Below, piece by piece: positions 47,532-61,976 of a stretch of 64,000 nt of DNA. The notes beneath the pieces were generated by a model. It saw nothing but the letters and a program-made list of their open reading frames with translations, was not told the origin of the DNA and did no database searches. The translations under genes and the position numbers were made by a program. Origin of the DNA: Chara braunii (lineage: Eukaryota; Plantae; Charophyceae); assembly GCA_003427395.1 (NCBI GenBank), contig BFEA01000012.1, forward strand, positions 6,273,466 through 6,337,465, in the 5' to 3' direction. Positions within the stretch are counted from its first letter, which is position 1. The number at the start of each line of letters is the position of its first letter.

Positions 47532-49197
47532 GTGGAATACCTATACAACAGCTGCTGAGGAGAAGGCAGCTGACAAGATGGTGAGGCAGCATGACATGGA
47601 CTGAAGGAGATGGACAGAACCGGTGGTAAAGTCCTCCGGTGCTGATAAGAGCAGGCACAGTCAGAAACCTAGGGCAATAGAACCGGAATGGCAAGTGGGA
47701 GCGGAATCATCTACTTCATAAGACCTGCAGAGGCTAGACTGGGCAACAAAGCCAACCATAGGGAAAGAGCAAAGAGCAGGCCACTGCAAAGTGCACTCTC
47801 TTCACGAAAAGTACACATGCATCTGGGCTGAAACACAATTAAACCGTCACAAGGAGGAGAAGCAAGCAATAAGTTCGTCAGTGAAAGCTACCTTGCATAC
47901 ACAGCAGGTTACAGTTCCATCGTTTTTCCTCTTTTTTTGCGCCCCATCACTTTTTTGAAGTTTTTTTCCCTTTTTCCTTCTTGTTATAGAATACGATTGC
48001 CGTTGTTATCATGCTTTCCACAGCTTCAATAACAATCAAAAGCCTAAAAAATGCCCTTTCCTCGGAGAAAAGGCAAAAAAAACTTAAAAAAAAGTGTTGC
48101 CATCAACAGATTTGACTTCATGAGATGATAACAAGGTTGTTCATATACACACTGCAGTGCGTTTCACTTGACGATAATGGATCTTCCTGGGTGGACCTGG
48201 TGGAGTGACAATTTTGGAGAAGACCAATAAATTCCCCCTACTTTGCAAATTTCTCCCTGGCTACAAAAAAAAATTAGGAAAATTTGAAATTTCAGCTGAC
48301 ATGAATGTTGCCAGGCCAAATAAGCCTCGAGCCATCCACGCTCATTACGCTGCACCAAACGCTCACAGGAGTCACAGCCTGGAGACACCTCACAGAATTT
48401 TGAAGTCTCAAAACCGTCTTTCATGACAGGAGCATACGCGCTGCATTTTCTCAAGGCCCATGACAGATGTGACTGCAGTTGAGAACCGCGACACGCGCAC
48501 GACATTCAACCTGGCTGATAGCCTCGGTCCGAGTGAGTTCCACTGTGGGAAAGTCAACAAAGGGAACTACTACACGCACGATGAAGTAGATTCAAGATTC
48601 GCGATGTAAGATATCAAGCAGCCAGCGTCCTCTAGTGCTGCATTTCTGCAAATTTCAACCTCACGACCCCAAAGATTCCCATCCTTAAGATTTCAAGCGG
48701 GAACCTACCCTTGGTGCTCTCTTTCTCCAGACTGACGCTCATGTGAAGCAACCTTTTCTCGTGACGGCCGTTTTCCCATTCTTCGTTCCTCCCTTCCCCC
48801 CCCCCTCTCCCCCCCGTCAACACACCCACACACACAAGTGCACACCCTCTCCAGCTGCTTCAGATAACCCTAGGAGACATCAAGAACGACCCAGACACAG
48901 ACAGGCAGCTGAAATAAGCAAGAAAAGGAATGGGAAACCACAGCAACAGAATGACGGAGGATGGAAACATTATTTCGAGGCACTGAATAAGGAAATATTC
49001 AAATATCACAAAAGGAGCTGGATGGACACCGATAACAACAACACTTGGAATCCAAACGGCAGGGAGGATTGACAGGAAAGCGAGGGGGCAGAGAGGGACA
49101 GGGGTAGCAGGGGGCATGTCACACGTGCACACACAAAAACAGAGAAAAAGAAAAAAAGTGCTCATCTTCCTTGCAAAAGAAAAAACTTCAAAAAAAA

Positions 49198-49263
<66 letters not shown>

Positions 49264-52200
49264 TCGAGGAGTGTTAGGAAGGGTACAGTGGATGGTGTGG
49301 AAAGAGGGTAGGTTCAGGCAGGAAGCGGGTGCAAAAATGGGGCAGAAGAGGGCAGGCAGAAAGAGGGCAGGCACAATGTAATGTGGGAGAGTGACTGCAA
49401 AGTTGATTTCAGTGATCCCAGTATGCACAAAGCTAGAAGCAAGTCCATCTGAAAGAAAAAAAACAAATTCAAAAGGGCCGCCATCTGTAGAAGAGTGATG
49501 TGACACCTTTGCACTTATCCTGTGAGTGTGTCGTCCATAATTTGGGCTATACCCGTGTACAAGAGGATGCTCGAAACACATGACTTCACCTTGGAATGGC
49601 TGAGTACAAAATGCACTATGTGACTCCACTCCACAGTAAAATCGTTATCTCAGTGAAGTCTTTTTTACCTCAGTGATACCAGTCGCCAAGCCTTCTCCCA
49701 TGGCCCTTGAAATTCCAGCTACACACTGACAGGGGTTGCGGATTCCGCCACCCACCCCGACCGATCGAGCGTTTTCGAAACCACCCCAGCTTGTGGAGTT
49801 GGAACATCTTTCAAGAGAAGAGCGAACGAGTGAATGGTTGCGGACCGTCACTTACCTCAAACGGTTTTCGAAGCCAATGTTTGGGCGGCAAGAAACAATA
49901 AACTCTGCCCCAAATGAGATTCCCATCCAGCTTGTATGCTAACGACTCCCCGCACATTCCTGCTTAGTCCATAAGCTGTTTCGCCTCGCTCCAGATGCCC
50001 CTGAACTCCATGCTATCCGACAGAACTCCCCGAGGGAGTCTGAAAATCCTTTTTTGTGCGATATGCAGGCATTAGTTAGCCTGTGTACTGCACTCTCGTC
50101 TGTACTGCAGACCGTCAATGGAGCTTCTCCGCTTTCCCGCCCAGAACCCACCATCCATCCATCCATCAGTGAAGGTGCTCCTCACTTTCTGCAGGCGTGG
50201 ATTTACGAAGGACCGCTTCCTCTGATGATTGATTACTGTACATATGCCAACGCGCCTTGACATGTCTTCATGCAGGTTGCAGTGGTGAAATCCACGTCTG
50301 CCTCCGTACCAGGCTCAAAAAGCTCCCCAAGGGAGAAATACACGTCTCCTTCCCCTCACTATCACCTATGATGCAAGCCCCTGAGGGAGGGACATAGGGA
50401 ACAGGTTCCCAGTCAGTTCGACATTGATGAGGATCTAGCAGCAGCCTCTCCGGTTCCAGTTGTCATACCAGCACTATCCAGTCGTCATGCCAGCATTAAC
50501 GACCTTTCCTACCAAACGTAGGTAGGCTTTTTTCAAAGAATTGAAATCCATACCAGACGGGCGTTCTCAGCGCATTTCGCTCTCCTTTCGCTTAAAAATA
50601 GCGCACTACCTGTAGGTGCCAGCCGGACCCAGCAGCACTGGTTTGCATTCGTTCCTAAATAGGAAGTTAAATCCGTGTCTTCAGAGAAAGGATCTGCCAC
50701 ATTTCGGTGAGTTGTTAGCTGCTGCACGGAGCTATTTATCCATTCGGACCACATGTTGTCGTCAACATCAACAGGATTGCCGATCAACGCATCTCTCCCT
50801 ACCTACCTCCGTCCGTCCTGCTCCACCCCATGTACCTCTCCCCACTCTCTCTCGCTACCAAGCTCCTTCCATCGTTCACAGCGCAAGAAAGGCAAGATGC
50901 CAACACAGTATAAAACAAAAGATCAGCGCTGGCCTGGAATAAAGCAAACAAACACACCACCACCTGATTGCAACGAGCAGATTGCAAACGGATCAACTTA
51001 GCACAGGGGATGGGATGATGCTCAAGGCCCAGGGAACCGTGCATGGTGTTCATTCAGGATGGGTGTATCAGACCTGTTCACGTTTATAATAGAAAATCTC
51101 CAGAGGAAGGCAAGATAGAGAATGGATTGACAATGAAGCAGTCTGATTGGTTTGTGGAAGGCGGAAGACCAGCACCTTTGTGGATGCAGTCTCCCCCTCC
51201 CGTCACTCGTTCCCAGTGATCCCATGCCGCAAGCTGCATGGATGGCTGCATGATGTTTGAGAGAAACACCACTGGCCCAATCAATGAGTGGGATTGCAAT
51301 TTGGAACAGAAAGTAATGCTACACTTCATTCCAGAATCCACCTCCCTGCCATGGACAAGGTAAGACGAAGGTACACGGCCACAGCTTGGGGGGCGGTGAG
51401 GAAGGACTTCATAAGGCGGGCAAGCACAGAAACGCTTATTTATATTACACCCAACACCCTCAGTGCTGAGAGAGATTTCAGCGGAAAAAGGAGACAACGC
51501 ACTATGAAATCTGTGCGAAAAGAAGCAAGAAAATCCAGGAATCTTCGGATTTCTTCACCTCCTGATGAGGGAATGAGGGCGGCCCTCAGCCTCGAGTGTC
51601 ATCCCAGCCGTTGATCTCGGATACAGAAAAACGAAGTCCGTCCGTCAATGCACGTCTGGCCTGAACGGCAACACAGCTATCCTCTGGGAATTGTCACCCA
51701 GCGATAACAGAACAGCGACTCGTGAACTCACTTCCACATTCAGTTGGGTCTCTGTACAAACACGCGTGTAAGCGCGCGTGTCGTATTCAACGCGCATGTC
51801 GTATTCAACCCATCTAAAACGTGGATCCCTATCTCAACCTTCTTTTTTCCCGATGCGATCCTGGGCACTGGGGATAGCTCGTCGGCAACAGAAAGAAAGG
51901 CAAACTTGGTACGGAGACAGTGGCAGATGCTGCCGTGCGCAGCTTCCAAAAATAGATGGCACTCAGCACTGAAGCTGTGACTGGAGATTGAGAGTCGATA
52001 GGGCATGTGTTCATAGGTGGAAATTGTACAAAAGATGAGGTGCAAAAAAATATCCAGATCCAGTGGGGGGTCCTCTCTGGAAGCCTGCAGGAGGGTTGGA
52101 TCTTGGAAGCAATATCGTCAAAAGAATCGAGAAAAGATCAAATGATGAAAATCAAATATGTGTCAGCTATTTACAAATCAGATTGTTTGGCCAATGCGGT

Positions 52201-52621
52201 GTGCACATGCATCGTCAGTTAAGCAGTCATGTACATGCTGGAGAATCGCGAGGAATGCTTGTTGCTTCCAGCTTGGTGTCCTCTGCACTTGTTCATTTTT
52301 GCTTGCGACAAGAGAGGAGGGGACAGAAGCCGGCAACCAATCTGGATTATAGACAAAAGAATATCTGCCGCACAACAACAGGCAGGCTCCTGCGTAGAGG
52401 GCTGATGCGGCATTGCACACAGCATGTGGTGAAACCGTGAAACGGAGGGAGGGGAGATAGCTTCCTATCACATTCTTTGCGCCAAAAAAAGTGTGAAGGT
52501 CACCCCACCGATCACACATGGTCTACAACCAAGACAGGGGTTTCGGATTTCTACAGGTGCCAGAACGCTCCATGTCTGGACATCACCAACAAGAAACTGC
52601 TTCCGGGCAAACGCACGGAAC

Positions 52622-54529
52622 TTATACACAATCGAAGTACTTGGGATTGCTTGGAAAGTCGTACTCGACTCTCAGACGCTCGTTTCCGAGATCTGAGCCT
52701 CTCTGAGGGAAAATGACACGCAGATCTCCGTATATGTAGAACTTTCTAGAGCCCTTCTCACTACTACTCCTACTTACCACACCTTGAACAGAGTTCACTC
52801 GAGGGCTCCGTCCACTGGTGTTCGCTGGTTCGACAGATCTATTGTCCAGCACCCAGTCAGGAACGCCACATTTCCTGCCTACGACTCTCCCAGGATAATT
52901 GTCCACCCCATCTTCTGTTTGCTCTACGCCTGCACTCTTTGCTGTGTCAGGTTCCAGCCCCTCAAATTGCAGCTCACCAGTGGAGACCCCTTCTGAGTAG
53001 GCTGCCTCAAAATCCCTGCTGCTGTCAAAACCCTTGCACTCATCACGATTCCTTGCTGATGAGCGAGTGTGTGAGCAGATGAAGCGCACATGCATAGCAT
53101 ATCGCAATGAGCCAGCGATCCCACCACTGCTGCTTCCAGAAGCGTTGGAGAGTGCACCCACATTCTTAGTTGCATGTTGTTCAGTCTGTTGCCTGATTGG
53201 CCCGCCTACTGCTATGTGCACCTTGTTCTCAGAGGAGACAGCAAAGACCTTCTGTCTAAGGAACGTTTTCGTTCCTGCTGGCATGTCCGACAAATCATAG
53301 TCACAAACAAAGGTGTGGATTGGAGTCCTCTCTGGATTGTTGAGTACCAGCTGGATTCGACCCTTCACTGGTACACGATAACGACTGTTGCTATTACAGC
53401 TACCGCTGGAAGACCTCTCAAGCTTTCTCTCACAAAGGCCCTGTATTTCCAAACTTCTACTGACCACAGTGCCTCTATCGTCCGTGGTCGGCATGCATAG
53501 GCAGGACAGGGAAGACTGTGGTTGGGGCATTGGTATCGGAGAACTTGCCTTTGCAATGGGGCTGCTGCTGCCAAACTGGAGGCGACAAGGAGAAAGGGAT
53601 GTAGGCGACGAGGAAGGCCGTGCATACCCATGTGCTGATGACGGCGGTGACTGCACAGTTGCTGAGATCTCCGACAAAAATGGGCGATACATGTCACGCG
53701 ATGAACATTGACCTGGTGGTGAGCCAGAACGGGGCCAATGGCCCTGCAGCGACGTGGACGTGGAAGGTGATGCCGGCACCGTCGTTGACAGTGGAGTGGT
53801 TGGAGGAGCCTCCAAGCTAATGCATGCGCTATACAGGAACGGTCCGTCGTTGAGACAGCTGACTGCAAACGGAAGCTTTCGATGGGTGGGCGAACGACCA
53901 CCGCCAACCACACTGAGCAATGCCAAAAACCCTCCCAATCTCTTCAGCGGACTAGCAGTAGATATACGCCCTGAGAGCAGGCATTCCTCATACGACCCCA
54001 CGAGGGGCTTCCTCTTCTGCAGCAGGACAGCTCCTGGCCAACCACCCCTCCCACCATCCCTTGCGACATTTCCTGTGGAGTCGATGAACTCGTGCTCCCC
54101 ATGCCAGCCAAATACTGCAGGGGGGGACGATGGGAGACCAGGAAGCAATGGCGAGGAGAGCTGACCAGAGTACTTGAGCGAGTGCTTACTTGTTCCCAAA
54201 GACCTCCCCCTATCCGAGAGGCCGCAAGCTCTGCACACCTCCGATTCGTTTCTCAGAGCATCAGACACATCACCCGGCAGGCTCTTCCTAACAGGGATGG
54301 AGATGGGGAGACCTTTCCCCTCTTTGTTGAAGGAAGACCGCCTCGCAAGAAGCCAGGAAGACGTGCCAGTAACCTTGAGGGCAGAGACAGACCCATCAGA
54401 GGCCTGAGTAATGCAACGTGGGCCAAACTCGTGGGCCCCACCATGCAATAAAGAGGGGGAGACAAGAACGACATCGCTCGTCTCCAAGTCATCGGCGACA
54501 TCCTCATCAAGTCTCAAACCCAGTCCCAT
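52622..54529 (-). CDS. FAM214/Atos-like protein (DUF4210 + Chromosome_seg domains), 635 aa, single coding exon
   Basis: [13 protein letters not shown]...GFLALLSV (DUF4210) and [44 protein letters not shown]...LRYAMH...[14 protein letters not shown]...FPSNPKYF. Likely start is MGL at 54529, directly after an acceptor-like ttttgtctgcag. Confidence 0.9.
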   Translation of the reverse strand: MGLGLRLDEDVADDLETSDVVLVSPSLLHGGAHEFGPRCITQASDGSVSALKVTGTSSWLLARRSSFNKEGKGLPISIPVRKSLPGDVSDALRNESEVCRACGLSDRGRSLGTSKHSLKYSGQLSSPLLPGLPSSPPAVFGWHGEHEFIDSTGNVARDGGRGGWPGAVLLQKRKPLVGSYEECLLSGRISTASPLKRLGGFLALLSVVGGGRSPTHRKLPFAVSCLNDGPFLYSACISLEAPPTTPLSTTVPASPSTSTSLQGHWPRSGSPPGQCSSRDMYRPFLSEISATVQSPPSSAHGYARPSSSPTSLSPCRLQFGSSSPIAKASSPIPMPQPQSSLSCLCMPTTDDRGTVVSRSLEIQGLCERKLERSSSGSCNSNSRYRVPVKGRIQLVLNNPERTPIHTFVCDYDLSDMPAGTKTFLRQKVFAVSSENKVHIAVGGPIRQQTEQHATKNVGALSNASGSSSGGIAGSLRYAMHVRFICSHTRSSARNRDECKGFDSSRDFEAAYSEGVSTGELQFEGLEPDTAKSAGVEQTEDGVDNYPGRVVGRKCGVPDWVLDNRSVEPANTSGRSPRVNSVQGVVSRSSSEKGSRKFYIYGDLRVIFPQRGSDLGNERLRVEYDFPSNPKYFDCV

Positions 54530-57394
54530 GCTGCAGACAAAACCGCCAAAGATCGTATTTGTGCAATGTCCTGCGTCCCACTGGGATAAGCACAGGAACC
54601 ATCCATCAATACCCACAAACAAACTCCACCCGCTTACCAGGGAAAGCAACAACAGAGGGATTACAGAAACAGCTAGACATGGCCATCTACAAAGACAAAG
54701 AGATATCCTGCCTGGAAATTATATTTGCACGATGTTATGTCTCCCGCTGGGATAATCACAGGAACATAAAGTAGTACCCCCCCTCTCCCCCCAGGTACTC
54801 CATCCTTTTCACCAGGAAGAGCACAACAGAAGACGCAGGTTACAAACACGCCTGGGTATGAGACACTCACACAGACAGAGATATCCTGCCTGAAGCACAG
54901 AGATTGTGAGGCACCCCTGGCCTCCTGAACCTGGCAAAACCACTGTCCTGCCTGTGCAAAGCCAAAGTCTAATCACTGCAATCAGATCAACCCTAGGGAA
55001 CCGGAAGACCACACCAAAACAGATGCCCTCTGTTCATTGATGAAGGTTTCATAGAAAACGACATTGCATATCCGGTCCAACATCGTTTGAATTGTTTGCT
55101 AGCAAAAGCTCCGGAAACCACGAGGCCCTAACCAGTGTTGCCACGAGCGGGGCGAGAAGATATCCTGAAAGAATGACATCTATCCGTCTCTGCCGGAAAG
55201 GCAGAGGCGCAAAGATGATAGGAACATGTACCAATGACCGCAGCACTGCTATGAGAAGACATGGCAGTGAGCATGGTCAGGCGTGCCATAACACGAAGAT
55301 TCACCTGAGGAGGTTACACATGCACACAAAAAGTTGAAAGAGACGGAAGAGAGAGAACAAAACTCACACGAGGGACACAATGGTGCCAACAAGATAATTG
55401 ACAGAAGATGAGAGGAATGATAGAGTCTACAGTTCACTTGATTGGTAGAGAACATATCAGGGAACTCATTAGAAAGAAGAGGGCAACAGAACGTGAAGAG
55501 GGAAGCAGAGGAGGAAGAGAATTGCCAACGGAAGGGAGGACAACAATGAAGCAGGAAGTTCATTGAAAGGAAAAGGATAAGAACTGAAGCATATAAAATC
55601 AAACAGAGATACGATGGAATAGAGGAAGACGGTGCGTAAAAACTGAACAGGCATGGACACCAGACGGTAACAGAGAGGGATAAGAAGATGGCACCAGGAC
55701 AGGAAGGAAGGAAAAAATGAAGCAGAACCGCCATGAATGATAGAACCTGAAGATGGTGGAATAAAAAACACGAAGACAGCAGCGATAACAATATTGCAGA
55801 CGGACAAAACAAAACTAAAATACACTCACACCGAGTCACACAAGGATTACGGAGCTCAACAGGAGGATCACATTGCGAGAAAACGAGGATAGCATGGCAA
55901 CACCGGGGAAGTAATTGAACAGCGTACCGAGACGGATTGAGAAAAAAGACGCCAATGGAAAAGGAACAGAGTGCTGTGGACGAGGACGGCCACGGTGAGA
56001 GAAAACGAGTTTCGCAGGAGGGCAACAATGAGACAGAATAACGACAAGACAAGAAGAATGTGCAACGACAAAAAGACAGAGAAGTCGTGCGAGACGTGGG
56101 CAAGTCAACAAGAAAACAGAGAGGTGGCAATGGCGCAGAATTACTACAACGGCAGATGAACGCAATCATACATTGTGAAGAAGACAGGGATTCAGCTTAT
56201 GGCATCTACGGAAGAGCAGAAGAAGCGTTGGAAGGAGAGGTGGTGATAGCCCAAAAAGGCGGCTATACAACAGCAACAGAATGGGAAACATGAGATGGAA
56301 GAGGAGGAAACACATGGAAGAGTAACGGTGAAAATGAACAACATTGCAGCAGACATCCATGGAGGAGTGACAAAAGGAGATACAGCGACAAGACAGCATG
56401 ACAAGCCAACCATGCAACATGAAGGCAGTGAATGAAACACAGGAAGACAAAGATGGAGCGGGAAGAAGGAGATGTAACAGCGGCATAGTCGAGCGTGAGG
56501 AAAACAATGAAGGAGAAATTAGCAACGAGCAAGAGATGACAGCAGCAAAGCAGGAGGGTGGTGGCAGCACAGGCAGACAAGAACAGAACAGGAAGATAAT
56601 CTAAAAGACAGACAGCAATGGAACCTGGGGGTGGTTGACGCAGAAAACAACAGAACATTAAAACGACCGAACAGGAACAGAGTGGAACAAGGTGGCAAAT
56701 GAAAAATGGAGAGGGACGGAAGAGCTAGTTAATCCGCATTCTCAAAGCAGACGAATTAAACAATAATAATGGTCAGTAATCTTAGCATGCCGCCTGAATG
56801 GACACCAGCAACACGATGCACCTGATCATCGATACCCGGCGGCACAAAATGCAGCAACAAACCACCAACGTGCACATGGCGGTTCATGCGTGGGGTACAT
56901 TTTGGGGAGCTTAGTTGCTGCGGCGGTGGACTTTCTGTGCAAGCAAACAGTGTGGCATATACAGAGAATGTGGCCTGAGTTCCATATGCGCTTGTCACAC
57001 AGACCCAAGAACGAATGGACTGACGAAGGACTTCTGAGACCTGGAAAGAATTAAGAGGTGGATAAAGGAATTTGCTCTATATATAGACTGGTATCCCAGC
57101 ACCAGCAGACTGGTATCTCAGTATAATTGAAATAGGCCCTCACAATGTCCTGTGATCAGTTAAATGAACCTGTCATGATCCTACCTCATTCATAACGCAG
57201 AAGTCAACTTTGAGATGATGCAAGACTTGCTGAACTGAAGAAGAAGTGAAAAGAGACAGAGCAGAATAGAATGGAGAAGAAGATTAGAAGAAGAAGAAGA
57301 AGAACCACGGTTCAATCTACAATTGATTCTGTAAGTTTTTTCACCCGGAAATTGAGGCCCTGTCCAGTCATCCAGTTTTGTTCTGTTCAGTAGC

Positions 57395-57715
57395 GCTAGC
57401 TTAATTCAATTTTCGTCACTTTCTAGTACCCATCGGCGCCGCCTTTCGGGGTTTCCTTAGGGACCAATTCACTCTGCCTAGATTGACTGAACGCAGAAAC
57501 CCTTGAACTTTCGGCGATCATGTTTTTTTCACCTGGTTTTTTGTTACTCATGTCAGCTAGCTTAATTCAATTTTCGTCATTTTCTAGTACCCATCGGCGC
57601 CGCCTTTCGGGGTTTCCTTACGGACCAATTCACTCTGCGTAGATTGACTGGACGCAGAAACCCTTGAACTTTCGGCGATCATGTTTTTCACCTGGTTTTT
57701 TGTGACTCATGTCAG
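57395..57715. repeat. 161 bp tandem duplication
   Basis: gctagcttaattcaattttcgtca...actcatgtca at 57395 and 57556. Confidence 0.95.
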
Positions 57716-59606
57716 CATTCTCACTTCTGAGTGACAAGAGTCACATGAAACCCACGAACGTGTTCAAAATGTCATCCCCCTAACTTCATCTTCTCCGACC
57801 TCTTCCCTAACTTCATCTTCTCCAACCTCCTCCTCCTCCAATAATCAATAGAATACAAATAATAAATGAACGAGTGAACAAACCCCCTTACTGTGGAAGC
57901 ACTCAAAGAGCTTCCCTTCACACAAAACTCTTTTCATCCTCCTTTCTTCGTTCCAAAGAATCCAAATTAACCGCGGAAGAACACCATATGACCAGTGGAT
58001 GTTCAAAGGACAATGCAACCACAAATGTGGCGCTCCTAAAACATGCCACCATAGCCACAGTCCCGGAGGAAGGTCGAGACCAACCAGTATGAGGGCCTGC
58101 TAGATGCAGCGCCAAACAAGGAAGTGGAGATGGAGGTCAACCACACCCAAGGGTAAGTCCCTCATGTCAGTTACCTCCTTCCTCTCCCTCAACCTCTACT
58201 CTCTTCCTCCTTTCTTCTCAGTAGCCTAGCTTGAGTTACTTCTCCCTCTACCTCCATAAGCCTAGGCCTACTCCCTTCTGCTATTTGCTACTCCATAGCC
58301 ATGGAGGTCGCCCTCCTCTGGCCGGAACAGTAGCATAACCACCAGGTAAATGTGGCAGCCTACTGATTGCACGAAGTGACATGTGCAGAGTCCACGAAGT
58401 GACATACCCCTGACTCCCGACCTCCGTCTCTACGCTGGCCGGGTACCATGGCCTCTACCCGTCCACTACACCTGCCAGAAGTTCCTGCCTTACGGTGGGA
58501 ACACCATTGCAGTCTCCAGTCCAACCTCTAAGCCTGAACCTAACCTGAAATCTAACTAAATATGGGCCTGAATCATAATGACCTCCTAAGGAAGCTACCG
58601 GGCCTTTCTACTCACTTGGGCCCCTTTCTACTCACTTGGGCCTACCTAAGTGCTGGAAACACCCTACCGCATGCTTGCCAGATTCTACCTGTGTCCCTGT
58701 GTGCCCTGGCCTTTCTAGAAGTCCACCAGTGTCCAATTCCAGTCCTACCCCTGTAGTTCTACCTATTTCTGACCCACCCCTCCCGGGAGAGACAGAACAC
58801 AGTATGAGAACATAGCATACTTGTGGGGCATGCACCGTGCAGTGCTGTGAGGTGCGCCGAGTGCCGTGCACACATGTGTGCAGCGCGTGCATGTGCGCAC
58901 CGTGTGCACTGCGCGTGCATGGTAGGTGTCCTCAAGTATGAGTGCACCCCCCAACATGCGCGCACACAGGTACATGTGCCTTTTCTTTTGTGTGTGTGTG
59001 TGTCTGCGTGTGAGTGTGAGTAGTGCAAGGCCGAATAGCTCACAGTCCAAGAAACAAGAAAGAAAAACGAGTTCGCACGCCCACAAAAGGTGGCAAGATG
59101 CGTTGCTTGCTTGCTTAGTGACGGATGTATCTTGCCGTCTTGTGGCGGGTGTACATTCATTTGAATTTCGTGATCTCGCCCTAATACTGACAGTATCCAG
59201 CGAGGACAACAGATACAATGAATGTATCTTGCTGAATCCCCGCGTTCTGATAGATTCAACACCTTCGGCCGTCATTCCACATATACAAAAGACATTAATC
59301 ATGGCGATGTATGTATCCATGTACTACGCAAGATTCATTTTGCACATTTGGTGAGTGGTGGAGCAAGACCCCTTATCTTATGGATTTGGAGAGAATTTTG
59401 GACCACTGATGCACGGAAATATCCCCAAGTCTTACGGATTCTGACAGCAGGCACACGGAAATAGCCCGCAACCGTACAACGTGCAAAATATGGTGGGAAG
59501 GTACCCTTCCCACTTTCCACGGGGAGACACTTTCCTATTTTTCACAATCCGCCCTCACAACGTTCCCCTTTTTATTCCTTTTTTAGCAAAAACATAAAGG
59601 CGGAAT

Positions 59607-59737
59607 GGGCCTCGCTCCACTACTCACCACATGCAGAAAAGACAAAAGTTATGGTGGTGTATCTTTCCATGTTCTAGGGGAAGATTCGCTCTCACTTTGC
59701 AGTGTTTGGACAGTTGGTGAGCAGTGGAGAGAGGCCC
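59607..59737. mobile_element. Second copy of the GGGCCTCGCTCCACT MITE (131 bp), flanked by AAT/AAC
   Basis: TIRs plus shared internal acatgca.aaaagacaaaa, tctttccat and ggaagattc with 7050-7179. Confidence 0.85.
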
Positions 59738-61201
59738 AACGGCGGCCAGTTCTGACAACAACAGAACCGCTTGAGTGAGCACAGCGACGCCCTCATCATG
59801 ACAGATACATAGAGGATAGCACGTACAGGAAAAAGAGAACACAACACACAGACAGTTTAGGGGGCAGAGTGCAGCCCAGAAAAAAAAAAATTGCCTACTT
59901 CATCTCTTAATGTCCGCCGGGCGTGGGAACTCGGATACAATCTCCCCCTTGGGGGGGGGGGGGNGGGGGGGACCTCGGTTTTTGCCCTTGCGGCGCACCG
60001 GGTGTGCGTCCCAAGTGCGCAATGCGCAGTGCACCGCATGTGCGCGACCGGCATGCACGTGATACGCCGCAGGTATAGCGCCACGTGCGCAATGCTTAGT
60101 GCGCCGCGTGTGCACGACTGGCGTGCACGTGATACGCCGCAAGTATGGAACATAGTCAATTCACAGCATGGCAATCATCACATAGCATGGCAATCATCAC
60201 ATAGACACTTGGAGACACACAGGCAAACAGCAATGACACTCGGAACACAAAAATCTCAGCAAATCAAGCCCACAAACAGCAATACACCTTAAACAGCAAA
60301 AGTCTCACTGATTCTGTGCAGGTCATGGCAAGCCCCAGAACACCAACAATATGCCCACCACAACCCTGAGGATCGATCACCAGTGGTGCCAAGCATGCCC
60401 ACCAAAACGCGGGACATGCTTCAAAATAGGACGGGGTTGCCGTCAGCGGATCTAAGGGCACACACAGACCCAAATCTGTGGCCATACTTCTGCTCAGATG
60501 CATCCAGGAAAGTCCAGGTGTGAGTATGCTCTACGGAACTTCTCACCAACGCCAGGTTTTTTAAGCGCCAAGCATCCAGGGGATCTATACCGGATGACAA
60601 ACTTCTCATCCCTTGGCATATCATGGCATTCCATGAAACTAATGCGCACCAGCCATATGCAAATCCACAACAAAGCTACCCTATGATCCCAGACATCCGG
60701 GGCCGTTCCACCCATCCAGGATGTGCAAACGGGCAATCAGGCCATCCAGCCAATGCTTTTTTTCAGGCCATGTGGAAAATTGTAATAATCCCAGCCATAG
60801 TAAGAAGTTTCAACCGCAGGAACATGTTCCGATCACACTCAATGTGGAACCAATCATAATAGAGAATAAGTCATGAAGCACCCCTGGAAGTCCTAAACTC
60901 AGCAGCGAGTTAGAGAAGCAGTCGGCAGGAGGAGGATAGTCTCATTGATAATCAATGATTACAACTGAAACCGCTCTTCAGTTCTCTCTTCAGGACCCTA
61001 TTCCCACAACTCGCCACCTGACATGCCCATCCACCACATTGATTACACTGACAAAGTCTTCTTGCAGCTGTATGCTCAGGTGCCCCACCTCCAGCAATGG
61101 AGCTCGGCTATGGAGGTTGTTGCCTGCCATGTCCAGTCATCAACTCCCAACCGCTGCCTCAATCCTCAATATCACCAACTCGACAGGTAAGTCAAGGCAA
61201 G

Positions 61202-61271
<70 letters not shown>

Positions 61272-61976
61272 NNNNNNNNNNNNNNNNNNNNNNNNNNNNN
61301 NNNNNNNNNNNNNNNNNNNNNNNNNNNNNNNNNNNNNNNNNNNNNNNNNNNNNNNNNNNNNNNNNNNNNNNNNNNNNNNNNNNNNNNNNNNNNNNNNNNN
61401 NNNNNNNNNNNNNNNNNNNNNNNNNNNNNNNNNNNNNNNNNNNNNNNNNNNNNNNNNNNNNNNNNNNNNNNNNNNNNNNNNNNNNNNNNNNNNNNNNNNN
61501 NNNNNNNNNNNNNNNNNNNNNNNNNNNNNNNNNNNNNNNNNNNNNNNNNNNNNNNNNNNNNNNNNNNNNNNNNNNNNNNNNNNNNNNNNNNNNNNNNNNN
61601 NNNNNNNNNNNNNNNNNNNNNNNNNNNNNNNNNNNNNNNNNNNNNNNNNNNNNNNNNNNNNNNNNNNNNNNNNNNNNNNNNNNNNNNNNNNNNNNNNNGT
61701 TGTAGCATGACTAGAGCATCTTACACGGGTCCTTAGGCCCAACATTGTATCTACGGGTCCTTATCGTGATTTCAGGCAGACAGGCCAATCTTTGGTACGC
61801 ACGCAGTCCAGGTACATATGACCACCCCTAGCCCAGCATGCGATTCAGCTGGGTGTGTGGGTTATTTTGTCTGTTCGGAGGCCAGGCATGTATCGTCCTT
61901 GCCTGCCCTCAGACCAGTTTGCTTTGCTTTGTTTTCAGGCAGATGTGTGTGCGTTTTGTCTCATCTGAGCCAGAAC

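Noticed and set aside
55249-56658. Long overlapping hydrophobic ORFs (up to 306 aa)
   Set aside because: A by-product of strong purine/pyrimidine skew; no domain motifs.
57430-57520. Three-way junction with GAAA, possible hammerhead or HDV-like ribozyme
   Set aside because: No CUGANGA core and no HDV nested pseudoknot.
4548-61745. ORFs spanning N gaps or microsatellites
   Set aside because: Artefacts of gaps and simple repeats.
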